A stretch of DNA of 64,000 bases from Felis catus (Eukaryota): assembly GCF_018350175.1 (NCBI RefSeq), contig NC_058368.1, positions 2,728,001 through 2,792,000 on the forward strand, read 5' to 3'. Below, one piece after another: positions 1 through 12,625 of this stretch. The translations under genes were made by a program, and so were the position numbers. Numbering within the stretch: the stretch's first letter is position 1; each line of letters opens with the position of its first letter. The notes beneath the pieces were generated by a model. That model had not been told where the DNA came from. It saw nothing but the letters and a program-made list of their open reading frames with translations, and made no database searches.

Positions 1-290
1 CAATGGTAAATTGGAGGTCATCTGACGGACTGGTCAGGGCTGGGGGGCACAATGGGGCTGTCGATTTCATAGGATGGAATGGGCTCATTTCTATATATGT
101 TGAATTTGGGGCATCCACGTACCTTCTTGTGGGGCATAGAAATCAAAAGTGAAGACAAAGCAAACAAAGTCTTGGAAACAAGGCTCGTAGTCAACTGTCG
201 ATAAAGGCTCCCATTTATTCCATAGCTCAAGTCCATCCACCTCCTCACAATTGCCTGCTCCACCTTGGTCACGGCTCAGCCCTGCTCACA

Positions 291-412
291 TGACGTCAAG
301 GCTGTAGTCCTAACACTTGCGTGGCACCACTCTGTCCAAATATAAGGTTCAGGAGTATACTGAAGATATGCTAGCTGGTGAACATCGCTGTGTTGTAAGA
401 TCAGTGACGTCA
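291..412. promoter_or_regulatory. Pair of full palindromic CRE sites (TGACGTCA), candidate CREB/ATF element
   Basis: TGACGTCA at 291-298 and 405-412; a third copy at 3572-3579. Motif only. Confidence 0.3.
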
Positions 413-3358
413 GATGTGTGCGTGCAGCACAAGGATGAGAGGAAAGCAACCTAGATTCTATTCCCCACCACAGACCTGTGCCCCTTTGGGTGTCTCATTT
501 AACTTCTGGCGACCTTGGTCTGTTTCTTCGTAAGATAAAGGCTTTGACTGGACGGTTCCTCAAAATCCTCTCACGACCTACCCTTTCATTTTACAGTTCA
601 TTAGCATTAGGCCATCCAACCCTGGGTTCCTTCTCCGATTCATTTATCTGCTCAGGACACCCTTTTGAGCACCTGCCATGTGCCCATATGGGCTACCACC
701 TCGTATACAGACACAAGAAAACCAATTCTGCCCAGCTGGGTATGAGTAAGTAAACACCAATTGGCCCACCACGTGCGACTCTAGAGGAGAGGTTTGCAAA
801 TTGTTCGAGGAGCTCAGACGAAAGGGCTCTCAGCCCTGCCCTTCCCTTTTTCCTCGCTCATGTGGCTGTGCCAGGGACGCAGCAGACCTGCTTAGGAGCT
901 ATCTACTCCCTTGGTCCGTGAATGTCAGACACCGTCACCTGCAGCTGTGTTCCTCTTACACCTGAAAGCGACATCTAACGACTTCTAGGAACAGTCGCTG
1001 AGATGACACAGCCACTTTTGAGGTCACTAAACGAGGTCTTCTCAAATTAGCTGGTTGTTGGTAGCTAAGTCTTGTACAAACAACAATACGTCTGTTAGAG
1101 CTGCTCGCTTTCCTGGGCGACCGGAGGGCCGTGCACATGTCTCCCTTTGATGGAAATATGGTATTGCATTTACCTGTCCCTGTGGTGCAGTATGACTGTG
1201 TTTATACAACAGTAATACAAAAACGCTAAGAGGAGAGTAGCACTCCGTTCTTGGATCCCTTTCAGTCAGTAAATAGAGGCCAGATTTTGGCTCAAACACT
1301 TTTAATATGGTACCATTGTAGGGTTGGAACATTATTTCTGCTTATTCTAATTTGTTCATGGTAATATGTAAAAGCAATACAAGTGCCTCAGATTTTCAGG
1401 TTTATGAATACAAGAGCACAGATATTCCACATGAGAACATGCCCAGTATTCTTTTATGGGATGGAAGGGGGTCCCTTTGCCCACATATATTAAAGTGTGC
1501 ACCTGCCTTCAATAAGCCCGAATCAGCGTGTGTAAGTGAACCGCGTGCCAAATTTGCCTTGTAAATCAATAATAAAAAGAGCAGACGTGTTTCTGGGTAA
1601 AGGGAAAAAGTGAAGAGGTTCTGTTAAGATTCGTGAGCTGGAAACGATCAGACAAGCCAATGAAATAGTAGGAAAGACTGCGTATAATTGTAGTCATCTT
1701 CAGATTTTAGTATTTCAAAAACATAAACACGGCCATCGGAGGAGGATTTGCTCAATGCTCCAGCCTTGTTAGGAGCTATGATGGCACACGGTATCATACC
1801 ATTCGAAACAGCAAAGCCTGCTCCTTCTGTCGTCATGGAAAAGAGAGGACAGGTGTGGCGAATCAACCCTCCCCGTCAGATAATCCGTTGAAAGCTGGTC
1901 AAGAAAACCGATCGTGTTCTGTGGATGACTCCCGTGACCCGGATCTCGGCGGCCTCACTCAGAGTCCCGCTGGGGAGAAGGGATCTCCAGGGAGTATGAT
2001 ACACCTTTCCCACGAGTTAGGGAACAGTTTCTGCCGCTGAGTTGGCCCACGTGCCATGTGTGCTTACTTATTTATTTGGCCGTGTGAGGTACTGAGTCAG
2101 AGCAGCATGGCCCTCTGTGCAAATACGTGTATAGGACACCGTATGGTTTTCTGGGACTAGGAGAAGAAGGAGGGAGTGGAAGCCAAGAAGTTTTCGCCAT
2201 AGGGAGCTCTTTCTAGTGGCCAAGGCTCCTAACAGTTGAGGTGGCCCACTCCGGAGACAGAGCTGCCGGAACGCTTTCCGAGCGAAGCGAAAACAGACGA
2301 GGCCTTGGTGCGACCCGATGGGAGCCGAGCAGAAAAAGGTGTCCACGCGCCCAGTTTCGTTGAACCTGATGAACCCAGGTCACCTCTTCACCATTCTTTT
2401 GTCATCCGCTGACTAGTGCCGGAGAGTTTGAGCCAGGAGGCTCAGAGTGCCGAAGTTCTGACACCGAATAGACCCACTTCAGTCCTTCGTGCTTGGCCAG
2501 GGCAGTTGCAGAATCAGATGCGGGAACAACGTCGTGGGGCGTTGGGCCTTTATGGAGCACAAGCTGCTTGCGAGCATGTCCCTTCGCACGGACCGCTCCC
2601 AACCTCCAGCTCTTGTCTCCTGTTGATGTTGTTGGGTGAAGCTTCCAGGGGAATCCAAGATGCATTCTTTGTCAGCCTGTGTTAATTATTGTTTATAATC
2701 ACCGAGTACCGTTTATATCCACATCTTGCTTGGAAAGTAAGCTCAGGCAGTGGGAGAACATCTGTTACTGGATTCCACACTTGGAATTCTAAATTATCAT
2801 CCCTTGTTTTTATTTTCCCATCAGGAGGATGTTATTGGCCCTTTGCGGGCTGACTTGCCTTCAAACGGCACGCTAATTTATAAATGGAATCTCTGCAGGG
2901 CAAATAGCAGGGGAAAGTTTTAGGACACTACATAAAAACTATCTGGTTTCAAAGTGGTGGAGACAGTCATTAAATAAAAGTGGATGGGCAAGCATATTGG
3001 CACAGTTTGGGCTATTTTAGCAGCCCTGCCTTCACAACAATCTTAAGCAATGCACACTTGAAACGTCTCTAAGAGAGATGTCCTTCATCCCAAGTGACTG
3101 GTGAGAATGCCCCCTCCCCCCGCCTGCCCATTCAGTGCCTGCCTGCCCCTAAGTCTCTGTGTGTGTGGTGATCAGCGTCAGCCGTGGTTAAAACATCCAC
3201 CAAGAAGGGGAGGAAGAAAGGGTAATGAAACTCACATCCTGAAAGGTGGTGTGCTGGCCAAAGCTTGGACCTTGGAGTGGGACTTGGGTTGGAATCCTGG
3301 TTCTCTGACCTTGGCCAAGGAGACTAACCTCTGGCAACTTTGGCTCATAGAAGTAACA

Positions 3359-3527
3359 GGGGCACCTGGGTGGCTTAGTGGGTTGAGCGTCCGCCTCTTG
3401 ATTTTGGCTCAGGTCATGATTCCATGGTTCGAGGGTTCTGCGCTGACAGTGTGGAGCTTGCTTGGGGTTCTCTCCTCTCCCTCTCGCTGTCCTCCCCACT
3501 CAAAAGAAATAAATAAACATTAAAAAA
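3359..3527 (+). mobile_element. Can-SINE (tRNA-derived carnivore SINE), diverged copy
   Basis: GGGGCACCTGGGTGGCTTAGT head, CT-rich body, AATAAA/A tail; TSD ATAGAAGTAA(C/G)AG at 3347-3359 and 3528-3540. Confidence 0.9.
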
Positions 3528-3804
3528 ATAGAAGTAAGAGTATTAGGGGCTCTTCAGGTCTGTCATAATGATGACGTCAACGCCACTAGTGTCTTCCCAG
3601 CTGTTATTTTCCATCTACCTGGTACGTGGAAAATGAGGAGTGCATCCCTGGCTGAATAAAAGAGTTTACTACCAAATGGTCTGGCTCAATGGTGTGCAAG
3701 GAGTTTAGGTCTTGGTATCATTTCCATTATGTCTCCACACCTTGGGTGGTCCACTGTGTGGACAGGTAGTAAGAAGGATGTAAGCGTGGAGGTGAATTAT
3801 GGAT

Positions 3805-4910
3805 CTGGATGTATCAGCACCAATGACTTGCCACCAGGGAGTTTGCATTCTAGTGTGAGGCTAGATAAAATAGATATGTAATACGTCAGGGAGTGGTAGT
3901 CACTGTAGAGAAAAATTAAGAAGGGTGGCAGGATAGAGAGTATTAGAAAAGAAGCGTGAAGTGTACATGGGGTGGTTATGGAAGGCATCCCTGCTTAAGA
4001 GACATTTAAGTGGGAGCAGGAAGGAAGTCAGCCATGACGATTTCTGAGGGAAGAGCCTTCCAAGCAGAGTCAACGGCAAGTACAAGGGTCCTGCGGTGGG
4101 AGCTGGGTGGGTATTTTTGCGAAGCTTCGCTGAGTGTGGTGTGGGAACCAGGGGGAGCTGGTGTGAGGTGGCCATTGGGGCGGGGTAGGGGTGGGTGGAC
4201 ACGTCATGGTGAGGACTTTGGATTCTCTCTCTGTGGGATGGAAACTCCTGGAGGGTTTTGAGAAATAAAGCCAAGAGTTCTGTTAGGAGGCTGTTGTAAC
4301 TATCCAGGTGAGAGATGATGGTGGTTGGAGCCAGGTGTTAGAAATGGAGACGGCGAAAGGGATCGAGTGTAGGACGTGTTTAGGAACGTGAAGACAGAAA
4401 TTGTTGGAGGTGAGTGTGAGAGAAAGAGAATACAGCTGATCCTTGAAAGACCTGAGGGCTAGGGGCACCGACCTACACATCTAACTTCTGACTCCCTCAC
4501 AAACTTACCTACTAATGGCCCGGTGTTGACCAGAAGCCTTACCAATCAAATAAGCCGTCGGTTAACATGTGTTTTATATGTTACATGCATGGTACACTTC
4601 ATTCTTACAACAGAGTAAACTAGAGGAAAGAAATGTTATTAAGAAGATCATTAGGAAGACAAAACACGTGTCCAATACTGTACTGTATGTGTTTAAGAAC
4701 ACCCACCTATAAGTGGACCTGTGCAGTTCAAAGTCGTGTTGTTCAAGGGTCAACCGTAGTTAAAAATGAGTCCGTGGTCTCTGGACCGAGCGCTAGGATA
4801 ACTTCTGATGGATTTGTGTGTGTTTGCTTTTGAACATGTTAGGAGTGAGATGTTACTAGAGAAATGGTCCTGTAAAGGGGGCAGTTAGCTATCTGAGTGT
4901 CAAAGAGACT
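3805..4910 (-). mobile_element. LINE-2 (L2a-like) 3' fragment, interrupted by a Tigger2 element
   Basis: Matches the reverse complement of the L2 3' region (GGAAGAGCCTTCCAAGCAGAG, GGAGGGTTTTG, GTTAGGAGGCTGTTGTAACTATCCAGGTGAGAGATGATGGTGG, TTTTGAACATGTTAGG); ends approximate. Confidence 0.75.
4433..4756. mobile_element. Tigger2-family (Tigger2a/MER28-like) non-autonomous DNA transposon
   Basis: TIRs CAGCTGATCCTTGAA ... TTCAAGGGTCAACCG, TA on both sides; internal TATAAGTGGACCTGTGCAGTTCAAA typical of Tigger2. Confidence 0.85.
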
Positions 4911-6164
4911 TTAGCAAATACATTTACATTTTATTAGGTCCTTGAGGAATGAATTGGAGGGGGAACAAGGAGCTTGAGTAATTTTGCCAACATTCTCCAA
5001 CCTTTATAACTCGTATCACTCAATCTTCTCTCCATATTCTGGAAGTTCTCTCCATGGGCACCCACCATTTTGACCACCAAGAGGCAAAGGACAGAAGTGA
5101 CCTGGAGGGTGAGGTAAAAGAGCCCGTGGAAAAAGATCTTAGACTCTTAGTAACTTCTCAGAAATGTGTTTTGGGTATGAAGACTGCCAGGGGGAACAGG
5201 GGAAAAGAGAATCATAAAGCGACCACAAAGAGAGAGAACGGTTGGTTGCCATCAGCAGCTTCAAGCATTAGAAGGAGGGAAGAAACGAACGGTGATTGTA
5301 GGGCTGATGGCCAGTGTCTTAAAGTGGGAGTTAGGATAAGCCCATCGTGTTTGTGTCAGCCTGCTATATTGTTCTGGAATTGGGGCATTCGTAAACTTTC
5401 TCAAGATTGGTGTTGTAGTTGGTCCTATATAAATGTAATGAAAGTAACGAACGAAGTGATGCCAGGTTGAAGACAAATTCACCAAAGCTGCCCCAAAGTA
5501 GACTCAGCACGGCATTGGACAGAGCGTGACTCAGGAAGGGCAAGTTACAAACCAGATGGAATTTTGCAGGATGTCATTTTCAGTCTTAACCGAGGGACCA
5601 CATTAACTGGTATGACATGTGGGCAGGACCCTTCCTCGCTCACTGGACTCCTCAGTGGCATCTCCTCATGAAGAGGTCAATGGCACCAACTTTGGAGATG
5701 GATGCCGAGACCTTGACAGTGAGTGTCGTCCTGGGTTGACAGACGTATTTTGAAAACAAACATACTTATGTACACAGGAGCGGAGAGTCTCCTTATGGTG
5801 GTGGTGGTGGTGCTTTGAGAGGAAAACCTGGGAGAACTATGCTATACCTGCAGGAGGTGAAGAAACGTCCCTCAGCTGGGCAGTGAAACTGAAAATGTTG
5901 AGAGATGAACAGAAAATGTACTGTCTGCCGACTCCACCAGTTCCCTGAATTGGGGCTGTAGAGAGCCCATCTGAAAACCAACTTCTCAGAAACAGGATTC
6001 TAGAGAATTTTCTAGGCCATTAAAGCCCCACCTGTAAGTCCACGACTCCTAACATTACCACCATGCTATGACGATAGATTGCTTTTAACACTTAAGTTGA
6101 AAAGGTTTAACACAGTTAATATAGGAGAAAGTCACTGAAAGTTAGCTTTGAATCAGCACAGGGC

Positions 6165-6193
6165 TTTGTTTTGTTTTGTTTTGTTTTGTTTTG
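6165..6193. repeat. (TTTTG)n microsatellite
   Basis: About 6 pentamer copies read directly. Confidence 0.9.
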
Positions 6194-7416
6194 ATTGTCT
6201 GAAGAAAGAAACAAGTGTACAAAGTTGAGACTTGGGAGAACACTCAAAGACATTTTGAGATGCAGGTTCTTATAGACTTGTCACTCTCCGGGAAGGACTC
6301 TGCAATAGAATCCATGTTTCTTCATGCCATTTGTTCTTCATGAGACCATGGAATGGCCAATGGAGAGTCCTATGATGGGGGGGGGGTGCTGCCATTGACC
6401 CCATTTATATTCTTTGCCATCTGGGTCTGTGTGTGTATGCTTATGTGTGTATTTTGATGGTACTTAATGGTGAAGAAAAGTGTGAGATTTAATGGGTAAT
6501 CCAAGGCAGAATAATTTTTATTTGCAATGGTGTTATACTCTTGATGTATCTCTAGTCTGAATAATATGGAAACAGTGAGTAACACAGGCAAAAGAATTCT
6601 ACCAGCAGAGTGGAGAGTATTGGATCTGCAAGAAAGAGACCTCATAAGATTTTCCTATTTGCCTTTAAAGAAAGAATCTGCCTATAAACTCTGAAAGGTA
6701 TGGCTCTCCAGATGTTTTTAAACAATTGGTTATGTATTAAAAATGTAAGCTACTGTTTTGGTCTTTGAAATGGGAAATAAAATGACTTCTGATTGTTTCT
6801 GAAGCCACAACAGGATCAACATATGTTTCCAATGACCATGGTCTAGCAGGCATTAGGTTCTAACTATAAATTATTTGTTGCAAATTGAAAATGAGTTGTC
6901 TGAAAGAGGTAAAACGCAATCTGGGGCTGTGTAGCCTTGTGCTCCCAAATTTCCAGGCTTGGATTTGCCCACCGAAGGGCTAAGGTTTTCTTGCTAAAAA
7001 TCCCTAGTCTTGTCCCAAAGGCTGCGAAAAGTCCCATGTGCCAGGAATATGCCTTGGAAAGAGGTGGATAAGGGGGGGCATCGTGGACCACCTTGAGCGC
7101 GACACTGCCTCAGTGCTAAATTGTGGGATTGTTGGCCACAGCCTGCGGCTTCAAACCCAGTGTCTTGCCTTACGTTAAAAACAAACAAAAAAAAAAACGA
7201 GTGTGATTTAGTTCTGCTCCAAAACATTTGGAACCTGTATCATTTATTTGATTTAACTCAGCCTTCGTGCCCAGATAATGTAAGCGTATAAGCGATCTGT
7301 GTGGCTCAAATCTAGTTAAGATGGTCCTGTTTTAAAAGTCACATTTCCTTCCATTTTTGTTTCAGCAAGGTTTGTAGATTTCCTTCATTCTTTCCTTTCT
7401 CGAGTTTAAGTCTTGT

Positions 7417-7465
7417 TCATTGGCTCCTCTGCACGAATCCCATGGTCACTGGTTGCCATGCTAAA
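7417..7465. promoter_or_regulatory. CCAAT box plus RFX X-box-like motif
   Basis: TCATTGGCT at 7417-7425 (AGCCAATGA on the minus strand) and GTTGCCATGCTAAA at 7452-7465 (perfect GTTGCCATG half-site). Confidence 0.35.
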
Positions 7466-7999
7466 TGGGTTTGCCTTAAGGAAAGCACTTTTCTTCTTTT
7501 TAGGTTTTTGGCTTTTACAACTCACAAAAGGAACAAAGAAATTCCCTAATGTTCTACACAAAGCAAAAAATTGTAACGATTTTTTGATCACTACATAAAT
7601 CTCTAGAGCATTTTCAGTATGTTCATGGCCAGTTAAATAATTGTTGTTACTTTTCCTTCCTATTTGATACAAATGTAAATAAATAACCTAAGTTTAAATA
7701 ACAGCGATCTCCGAACATACTAATATCTGTCAGTCGTCTTTATTCGCCAAAAAAGGATACATACGTGTTGCACGGTTTTAAGGGAAGAATGAAATAAGTA
7801 CTGTCTTGCTTGATCAGCTACAAAATCCATAAAAGTCGAGGGCAAATCAGAATCAAATTTTAAAGAATTTATTTCATTTTTCCAATTACATAAAAATTCA
7901 AGGCAGACCCATCTACTTTGTGGGGTTCGATTTTCATATGCAGTGAGCGTTTTGGGTGAAGGCTGAGGAAATCTTGAAGCAATCTGCCGAGATTTCCTG

Positions 8000-10350
8000 A
8001 GTAGGATACGACCCAGGCTGCCCACCTCCCAGCCCCTTTGGCATTTCCATTAGAGACACAGACTGTCTGGAACAAATGACTTTACCACGAATATCTGTCT
8101 CTGAGCTGTGCGGCTGGGCTGGTGGCTTGGCAACGGCTGGGGCTCTTGCAGGTGCCTGTGGGTTTCGGTAAGGAAGGGCTGTATTCAAACAGGTACATGT
8201 GGATGTGGGTGTGACGAGGCAGGAGCATGTACTCTTGTCTTCGAGGGCGACGCACACGAACACACACACACGTCCGCACATGTGACACGCGCCCATACGC
8301 GTACACACACACGGCCGCACACACACAGACGTGTATACGCGTGCATGCACACCCACCTGTCTCGTTTCTCGTACAATCTTCCAGTCTGCAACACGCACGT
8401 TGTTTTCCGTGCGCGGTTTGAAAATGTCCTAGAGAGTCCCGGTCCTTGTTCCGATAAGTGTTTCCGTGCCACTCGGGCCTAAAGCAGGGCGGAGAGCCTG
8501 GTGGGGGCCTGTGGATAGTCCTTCGGTTTTGGGGGGAGAGCGAAACTCCCGGCGATCCCAATACGAAGACGTTTGCAAGCGCGGCAAGTGTCGGAAGGGG
8601 ACAAAGCCCCAGGTGCGTACCTGTATCTGACGGAGCACCTGACTCCACAGAGTTATGTCAGAGCTCCTAGCTTGCTTCGACGCTATTCTCCTGTTCTTTT
8701 GATTAGCTTGTGAAGCCTTGGGCCTGTATCAGTTGCACCTACAAGCTGATGGTTGTGTCTCTCTTCCCGTAGTCCTGTCTTCTCTTTCCTGGCTTTGGCC
8801 GGTGGTATTTCAGTATTGCTTGCCCTTTATTGGAAAACATCTTGTCGTGGGAAACTTCTTCCTGGTTTTTTCGTTTCTTTCTCTGCTCACAGGGAGCGCC
8901 TCGATGGCCCTTCCCATCCCTGGTGGCCGGCTGGTGGCAGGAGGAACAGGCACCTAAGCCGGCCTGCCTCAGCTGCAGTTGCCCACCCCCCCGACGAATC
9001 TGGGGTTACGTCTGTCTGGGCGTCCGGATTTTGTGCATTCTGGGGGTTCTGAGATGACCTCAGGATCTGAAGGCACCTGCTCCTCAGAGCCTGGCCCCAA
9101 GGGAAGGGAGATGTAGTTTAGAGAGCGTGAGAGCCTGAGAGGGAGGAGGGGGGAGGAGGAGGGAGGAGTGCAGGTGAAGGGGGAGGGGGAGGAGGAAGGG
9201 CGTGTGCAGGGGGCAGACAGCGGCACACGGACAAGGGCCAGCATCCCCTACCTACCTCCCTGCCCCTGGGTGTGAGGCGACAACACTTCTCCTCAGTAGA
9301 CGTTAATTGCTTGCTGTAATTCAGCCGAGCGTGTTTGGTGATTTGCTTCCCCACCATGAGTTACCAACTTGTTGGTGCTCCGCAGACCATCCGCCTTCCG
9401 GGGGCCTAACCTCCTGAAGCTTTGGGTCCAGGCCCGTGTAAACACGGGAAAATCAGGAAGTCAGCGGGCATCGTCCTCAGCATCCAGGGCCCAGCAGGGC
9501 TACGGGCGTCTGGTTGGGGCAGGGGCACCACGCTCCTCCTTCCCCACGCCCCTCCGTGCCGGAGGGTTGTCTCATGCCCAACATTGACCTTGCCGGCGGT
9601 GCGGCTCGGGCAAAGCCAAGGACCAAGTGGAAAAAGCAAGGAATCCGGGTCTCATTTAAACAGGGACAAAGAGGCAACTTCCTCTCACAGTCCCAGAAAA
9701 AAACCCCTCTACGGAGGTTCATTTATCAGAAAGCATCCTAAAAGAGTGCATTTTAAAGTGGGAAAGGCCAGGAATTCCCAAATATTTTGTGCCGAGGGGA
9801 CACAGAGGGTCTGCTCTCAAGACTCCTGATGAGACCAGGGTACAAGCGGCGGGGGGAGGTTAGTGGGAAGTCTGTGTTGGGCAAGTCTTCAGGGAGGCCG
9901 GACAGGGCGACCGGAGAGGGGGGGCTGAGGGGATTCCAGCCTCTCAGCACAGGGGCATCTGGAAAAGGCCTGTCGGAAGGGAGCGGGTTCTCTGATGCTG
10001 CGACCGCCGTGAGCACCGCTGGTTGCGGGGTGGGGACTTTCTACCTCAGAGAAAACTGGACAGCAGGCAGTAGCCGTGACATTGTCAGGACGTGCTGGAG
10101 GCACAGCCGGGACCCAGCGCTGGAACTCTGGACCCCACCCCGCGGCGTTCCATCTCAGATCTTACAAGGCGGGGGGCAGGGCTTGGGTGAAAGGAGAAAA
10201 CAGGTGTCGTGACTGTTCTCACACTTTTTCACATCCTAGGCCCTGTTCTTGAGCTCAGCGGGATGGCCTGCGGGGGTGCAAGGAGGTCAGGGCAGCCATG
10301 CGGTGTCACATCAGCGCCCGGGGAGTCCGGAGCGTTGGGTGCTAACACGA
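8000..10350. promoter_or_regulatory. CpG-rich, G-rich putative promoter/enhancer region
   Basis: High CpG density, no recognisable interspersed repeats, GGGGGAGGAGG/GGGCGTG (Sp/KLF/MAZ-type) purine tract at about 9139-9215, splice-donor-like sites on both strands. Confidence 0.45.
8251..8352. repeat. Alternating purine-pyrimidine (CA/CG/TA) tract
   Basis: Perfect RY alternation at 8294-8313 and 8329-8352. Confidence 0.8.
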
Positions 10351-12625
10351 AGTGTTCCTTGTCAATCCCAGTCCTTCAAACGCACGTGATCCCCACCAAC
10401 CCCACTCATCAGCCACCCTTCTGCTGTTCTTACGGCCCAAAGCACTCTTGTTTTGTATCGTGTTTGATCTTGTTTTTGACTGTCAGATCCTCCAGGACGA
10501 CCCTGGCACCAACCAGACCGAGGGAAAAATGCTCTCTCTCACTGGTGGCAGACCCGGAGGCCCTTAGTCCGGAGCGCTCTATTTTTTTTCCTCAACATTG
10601 CAGTCGATATGAAATGCTGGAATTCAGGGAATGTTTCTGGGGGGCCCCAGAAGTGGAAGGGGTTTGCTTACATGCTTCATATAGCTCGAGAGGAACACTG
10701 GCGCAAGCCGAGGGGACCGGACAGCTGCCTGCATTTTCCTCCGCACGCCGGTTTCCATGAAACCCAAACAGTCTTAACAGAGAAGGGAGACGGGCGCTAT
10801 AATAAGCATGTCTTTGACGCTCTCCGACGTTTCATGAGATCTAGGACACCTCGCCAGGTGCTCATTTATAGGGCTGTTTGGGACTAATTGCCGAGGCTTC
10901 GGGCCAATACGTGTGAATATGAAGAAGTTTCAGAAGCGTGTGCAGGGTGGAGGTGGCTGGCCGCGACCCTCCCGGAAGGGCAGGGCAGGGCGCAGAGGAC
11001 CTGAGCAGACAAAATGGAGCCCTCATCATCTGCAATTTTGTACGGTGGTATTCAAAGCGGCTTGGAATTGCAGTCACAGATGCCAGCTGTGTATTTTTTT
11101 TTTTTTTTTTTTTTTGTGGGAAACAGAGAAGAGGCGAAATGTTAGCCAGCTGCCATAGGCCAGGAGGCCATTGTGAATTTATCTCAAGTATCGATCGTGT
11201 GTTAGACGGGTGGTCACAGGGGGGCTTGGTGTTGAGAGGGACCCTGAAGCTCAGGACGGTCCCGGCCCGGAGAGTCAAGGGACTTCCTGAGAAATCAGAA
11301 CTTGAGGGAAAATCAACAGCCAAAGTCGGGGTTTTCGCATGAAATTGTACGGACAATTCTGGGATTCCCGATTCGTAAGGTCTAATATTTAGCGAATGGT
11401 GCTTTTTCACGGGGTAAGTGTCTATTCAAAGTTTGTAGAATCAAAAAATCTGGACTCTGAAGAATTTGTGGAGTTCATTGGAGCTACAGGGTCGCTTAAA
11501 TGCCCAGATTGGGCCCTGTGCATATTTAAGAATCAGCAGTGCTCTCTCAAAGAGGCCAGATGAATACAGTAAACAGCTGCTGTAGTAAGAACAGCATTTT
11601 TCCTCTGCTTCTCTTATTTTTGAGCATCGCTGGGGACACGGGAAAGCATCTGGTCCCCAAGACTTACGGGGCAGAGAGAGAAAGCACTAGGGAACTCCTC
11701 GATAGTCCTTCTGAATGGAACGCGTTCTATTTTTCCTGCTAACAGATTCTTCTCAAGAGGACAGGAAGACGTATTTAGATGTAGGTGCTATGGAGAGAGG
11801 GACATATGGAAAGTCCGCCCCAAGAGGCCGTACGGTGAAGGAGAGAAAGAGATAGTCGATGCATCATTGTCGCAGTGGCTGGTGGGCAGGAGACGGGGCA
11901 GGAACGCCAACCTGATTCTGTGATGGTGCAAGTTTTTCGAGAAGCCTGCGTCAAGGGGGGAAGGAATGGGTGGAAGCAGCTTGTTTGAAGATCAGTCAGG
12001 AACCCAGGCCGACGCAGGACTTTCCGTGCCTGTGGCGCAGTCTAGGGCGGCCACCGGGTGTGTCCCAGAGGAATTCTGGGGTTATTTTTAGCCATGATGG
12101 TATTTCGACGCGGTTTGATACCCTTATTGCCAGTGGGCCTGTAACATTAAGTACAGGTGAGGCACTCAGAGCAACCTGTTTTCAGATACAACGGCAACGT
12201 AGAAGGTGTGATCTAAGCGGGGACGTCTTGTAAACTCACACTGGAACCATTTGCCGAGTAGGCGTGCAGGAACGCTCGGGGGATGATGAGGGAATAGGGT
12301 TTTATTATATCAAGAACGCTGAGTGAAAGCAGAAAGAAAAAAGAAGCGTATTTACTTTTTTAGTAGAAGGCAGGAGGCACTCTCCGGAGTTTGAAATAAG
12401 TAGGCGCCCGCACGTCGAAATGATGGTTTCGCCTGACACTTTGGAATACCTGAGCTGGCTTTTGCCGTCTAATTCTTAAGAGACCCTAAGCAAATCTTCA
12501 GAAAGCCAACCAGCTCTTTCTTTTTAGAAAATGTTCTTTCTGTCCTTGATATTCTTACCTTTCTCTCTGATGTCCTGGGGTATAAGCCCACCCCTGTTAC
12601 CCCACGGGGCACACATAGAGGCGAG

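Noticed and set aside
5584..5718. 135-nt plus-strand exon candidate (TTTTCAG...GTGAGT)
   Set aside because: Stops in all three frames and a short pyrimidine tract; no support beyond the splice motifs.
9356..9409. CCACCATG Kozak-like start (MSYQLVGAPQTIRLPGA*)
   Set aside because: Only 17 codons, no clear donor before the stop and no recognisable peptide; at most a uORF.
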